Shown here piece after piece: positions 61,681-64,000 of a stretch of DNA of 64,000 bases. Origin of the DNA: an uncultured delta proteobacterium (GTDB lineage: Bacteria > Myxococcota > Myxococcia > Myxococcales > Anaeromyxobacteraceae); contig CAWFDF010000008.1 in the NCBI GenBank assembly GCA_963814585.1, forward strand, positions 448,001-512,000, in the 5' to 3' direction. The stretch's first letter is position 1; every line of letters starts with the position of its first letter. Below the pieces are notes generated by a model. That model saw only the letters and a program-made list of their open reading frames with translations. It searched no databases and was not told where the DNA came from. Both the position numbers and the translations under genes were made by a program.

Positions 61681-62358
61681 CTACTCCTTCCTCTCGCCGG
61701 TGGGCGCCGGGGCCTTGCCGTTGCCGCCGTGGGCGAAGGCCCGCGGGTGGATCTGCTCGCCGGTGTGGCAGTCGAGGCACTTGGCCTGGCCCGTGCGGAG
61801 GTCCTCGATCGTGCCGGCGTGCTCCTCCACGGCCGACCAGCGGGGGGCCTGGGTGGAGTGGCAGCGGGTGCACATGACGTTCTCGAACTTCTTGTACATG
61901 TGGATGGGCTTGCCGCCCTCGCCGTACGGCCCGGTGTTGGAGTACTCGGTGATGTAGTAGAAGAGGTGCTTCATGCCGTTGGCCTTGGTGGTCATGGCCC
62001 CGAAGATCTGGTAGTCGGCGTGGCAGGTGTAGCAGGACTCGTGGCCGAAGGTGCTGTTCCGGCTGTGGATCGAGGCCAGCGACTTCGAGGCCGGGTCCGC
62101 CGCGTCCTCCACGTACGGTCGCATCACGTGGCACGAGCCGCAGAAGTCGCGCTTCAGCGTGTACTCGAAGCCGGAGATGTTGCCGGCCAGGGACACGGCC
62201 AGCGGCATCACCCCCAGGCCGAACAGCAGCACGACCTTGGCGGACCGGCCGAGCGGCGGGCGGGCCACGAGGTAATAGACCAGGATGGCGATGGCGATGG
62301 CGGCGGAGGCCAGCGCGGCCAGCCGGAGGACGTCTTCGGTCGTATGGATCTGGAACAC
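61681..62358 (-). CDS. NapC/NirT-family membrane tetraheme cytochrome c
   Basis: Two N-terminal TM helices; four CXXCH motifs (CGSCHVM, CYTCH, CTRCH, CLDCH). Confidence 0.85.
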   Translation of the reverse strand: MFQIHTTEDVLRLAALASAAIAIAILVYYLVARPPLGRSAKVVLLFGLGVMPLAVSLAGNISGFEYTLKRDFCGSCHVMRPYVEDAADPASKSLASIHSRNSTFGHESCYTCHADYQIFGAMTTKANGMKHLFYYITEYSNTGPYGEGGKPIHMYKKFENVMCTRCHSTQAPRWSAVEEHAGTIEDLRTGQAKCLDCHTGEQIHPRAFAHGGNGKAPAPTGERKE

Positions 62359-62508
62359 GGTGCGGCAGCTTGTAGCAGACCGCCCCCGAAGGGCTCAACC
62401 CTCCATTCTCAGAATCTTGCCGCCACATGGACCTCATCAGCCCACGATCCCTGGCGGCCGGGCCGTCTTGCCTTTCCGGCAGGGATGCCCTAAGTACCCT
62501 CCCCGCAC

Positions 62509-62585
<77 letters not shown>

Positions 62586-62598
62586 TTCCAGGCCGTTC

Positions 62599-62632
62599 GA
62601 AGGCCCCGGCGAAGCCCGGGGCCTTCCTCTTT
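62599..62632 (+). terminator. Intrinsic terminator after tRNA-Arg
   Basis: 11-bp stem GAAGGCCCCGG/CCGGGGCCTTC followed by CTCTTT. Confidence 0.7.
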
Positions 62633-62734
62633 CGCGATGCGCCGGCCGGCTGGGCCCGGGCTTCCCCCGGGGGAAGCGCCGCGGCGAACGGCGGATTCTC
62701 GACACCTCCGGTACCGCGTGGTCGAATCACCGCC

Positions 62735-64000
62735 ATGGCCGACCACCGGCTGGACCCACGGCCGCTCGTCCAGCGGCGAGCTCGCCCGTCGCGGACCCAC
62801 GCGCTCAGGCCGCTCGCGGCCGCCCTGGCGCTGCTGGCCGCGCCGCTCCCGGCGACGTCCACCGAGCCGGCGGCGGGCCTGGCCTCGTCGCTGCTCGAGC
62901 TGGAGTCGCGCCCGGTCATCCGCTTCATGGCCTCCCTCGGCGCCACCCCTCCGGCCGAGCGGGCGCGGCAGGCCCGGGAGCGGCTCGAGGCGCTTCCGCT
63001 CGACGCGGCCGACCAGCCCATCGAGACGTCGCCGGCCCGGCTCGGCGACCAGCGGGGCCACCTCGTGCTGGTCGGCGGGAGGCTGGCCTTCGCGGTGCTG
63101 GAGGGCGACCTCGACCCGGCCGGGAGCGACACCACGCAGTCCCTGGCCACCGCCGCCGCGGCGAAGCTCTCGGAGGCGCTGCGGGCGCGCCGTGACCAGC
63201 GCTCCATCCCCCTGGTGCTGCGCGCCATCGGGGCCAGCGCGGCGGCCACCGCGATCCTGGCCTTCCTGCTCTGGGCCCTGAGCCGCCTGCGGCGCGGCGT
63301 GACCGGCGCGGTCACCAGCTTCGCCGAGCGACACACCGGCCTCCTGGTGCGGAAGGGGATCGACCCGAGGCCGCTGATCGCCTCCGGGGCGAGCGGGCTG
63401 CTGCGCCTGATCTCCCTGGTGGTGGCGATCGTCCTGCTCGACGTCTGGATCACCTTCGTGCTGGGACGCTTCCCGGCCACCGCCCCGTGGGCCGACGTCC
63501 TCACCGGCCGCGTGCTCCGCATCGTCGGCGACCTGGGCCTCGAGCTGCTGCGAGCCGTCCCGGGGCTGGTCGGCGTCGCCGTCATCCTCGCCGTGGCCCG
63601 GGCGATCTCGAAGTTCCTCTCCGGCCTCTTCGACCGGGTCGCGGCCGGGACCTTCCAGATGCCGGGGCTCCACCCCGAGACCATCGGGGCCTCGCGGCGC
63701 ATCGCCCAGACGCTCCTGTGGCTGGCCGCGCTGGCCGCCGCCTACCCGTACCTGCCGGGCTCCAGCTCCGAGGCCTTCAAGGGGCTGAGCCTGCTGATCG
63801 GCGTGATGGTCTCGCTCGGCTCGACCGGCCTCATGGCGCAGGCCATGAGCGGCCTGGTGATCATCTACTCCCGCTCCCTGGCCGTGGCGGACCTGGTCCG
63901 GTCCGGCCAGGTGGAGGGCGTGGTCTCGGAGGTCGGGCTGCTCTCCACCAAGCTGATCACGCAGCGCGGCGAGGAGGTGACCATCCCCAACAACGTGATG
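62735..64000 (+). CDS. MscS-family mechanosensitive channel (3' end outside window)
   Basis: Own translation: ...PYLPGSSSEAFKGLSLLIGVMVSLGS...IIYSRSLAVADLVRSGQVEGVVSEVGLLSTKL...EEVTIPNN. Confidence 0.85.
   Translation, partial: MADHRLDPRPLVQRRARPSRTHALRPLAAALALLAAPLPATSTEPAAGLASSLLELESRPVIRFMASLGATPPAERARQARERLEALPLDAADQPIETSPARLGDQRGHLVLVGGRLAFAVLEGDLDPAGSDTTQSLATAAAAKLSEALRARRDQRSIPLVLRAIGASAAATAILAFLLWALSRLRRGVTGAVTSFAERHTGLLVRKGIDPRPLIASGASGLLRLISLVVAIVLLDVWITFVLGRFPATAPWADVLTGRVLRIVGDLGLELLRAVPGLVGVAVILAVARAISKFLSGLFDRVAAGTFQMPGLHPETIGASRRIAQTLLWLAALAAAYPYLPGSSSEAFKGLSLLIGVMVSLGSTGLMAQAMSGLVIIYSRSLAVADLVRSGQVEGVVSEVGLLSTKLITQRGEEVTIPNNVM

Overview
Very GC-rich chromosomal window, most likely from a myxobacterium related to Anaeromyxobacter (inferred from gene content and order). 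Almost all genes lie on the minus strand, and most long ORFs in the six-frame track are GC-rich shadow frames. Left to right it holds: (1) an Hsp70/J-TPR pair, argF-argD, xerC, a Y1/RAYT-type HUH transposase, an AglU-like beta-propeller lipoprotein, trmFO, a DksA/TraR protein and an AglRQS-like TolQ + 2x TolR motor; (2) an internally deleted topA with dprA, LysM, CpoB-like, pgeF, an AglZ-like pseudoreceiver/coiled-coil protein and a MoxR ATPase; (3) a PilT paralogue with a PilZ-type partner, then a ~180-bp MITE-like palindrome; (4) prfB (programmed frameshift), lnt, RHH, ybeY, a 7TM-HD phosphodiesterase, phoH, a DUF4388-pseudopilin-like fusion and a TPR membrane protein; (5) mazG, a DnaA-box-like intergenic region, rpsT, lptE, leuS, asnS; (6) a receptor-less che cluster carrying a HEAT-repeat protein and an ExeA-like ATPase; (7) the nusB-rib-nrdR-glyA-rpiB-fab-plsX-rpmF-yceD housekeeping block; (8) a LuxR regulator, an orphan NapC/NirT tetraheme cytochrome, tRNA-Arg(CCG) and a partial MscS gene. 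Five single-base homopolymer frameshifts (asnS x2, DUF4388 x2, HD protein x1) look like sequencing errors. The most unusual signals are the type IA topoisomerase lacking both halves of its domain II arch while keeping its catalytic residues, the sigma54-type promoter on the RAYT, and the ExeA-like ATPase inside the MCP-less che operon. No CRISPR, prophage or rRNA was seen.
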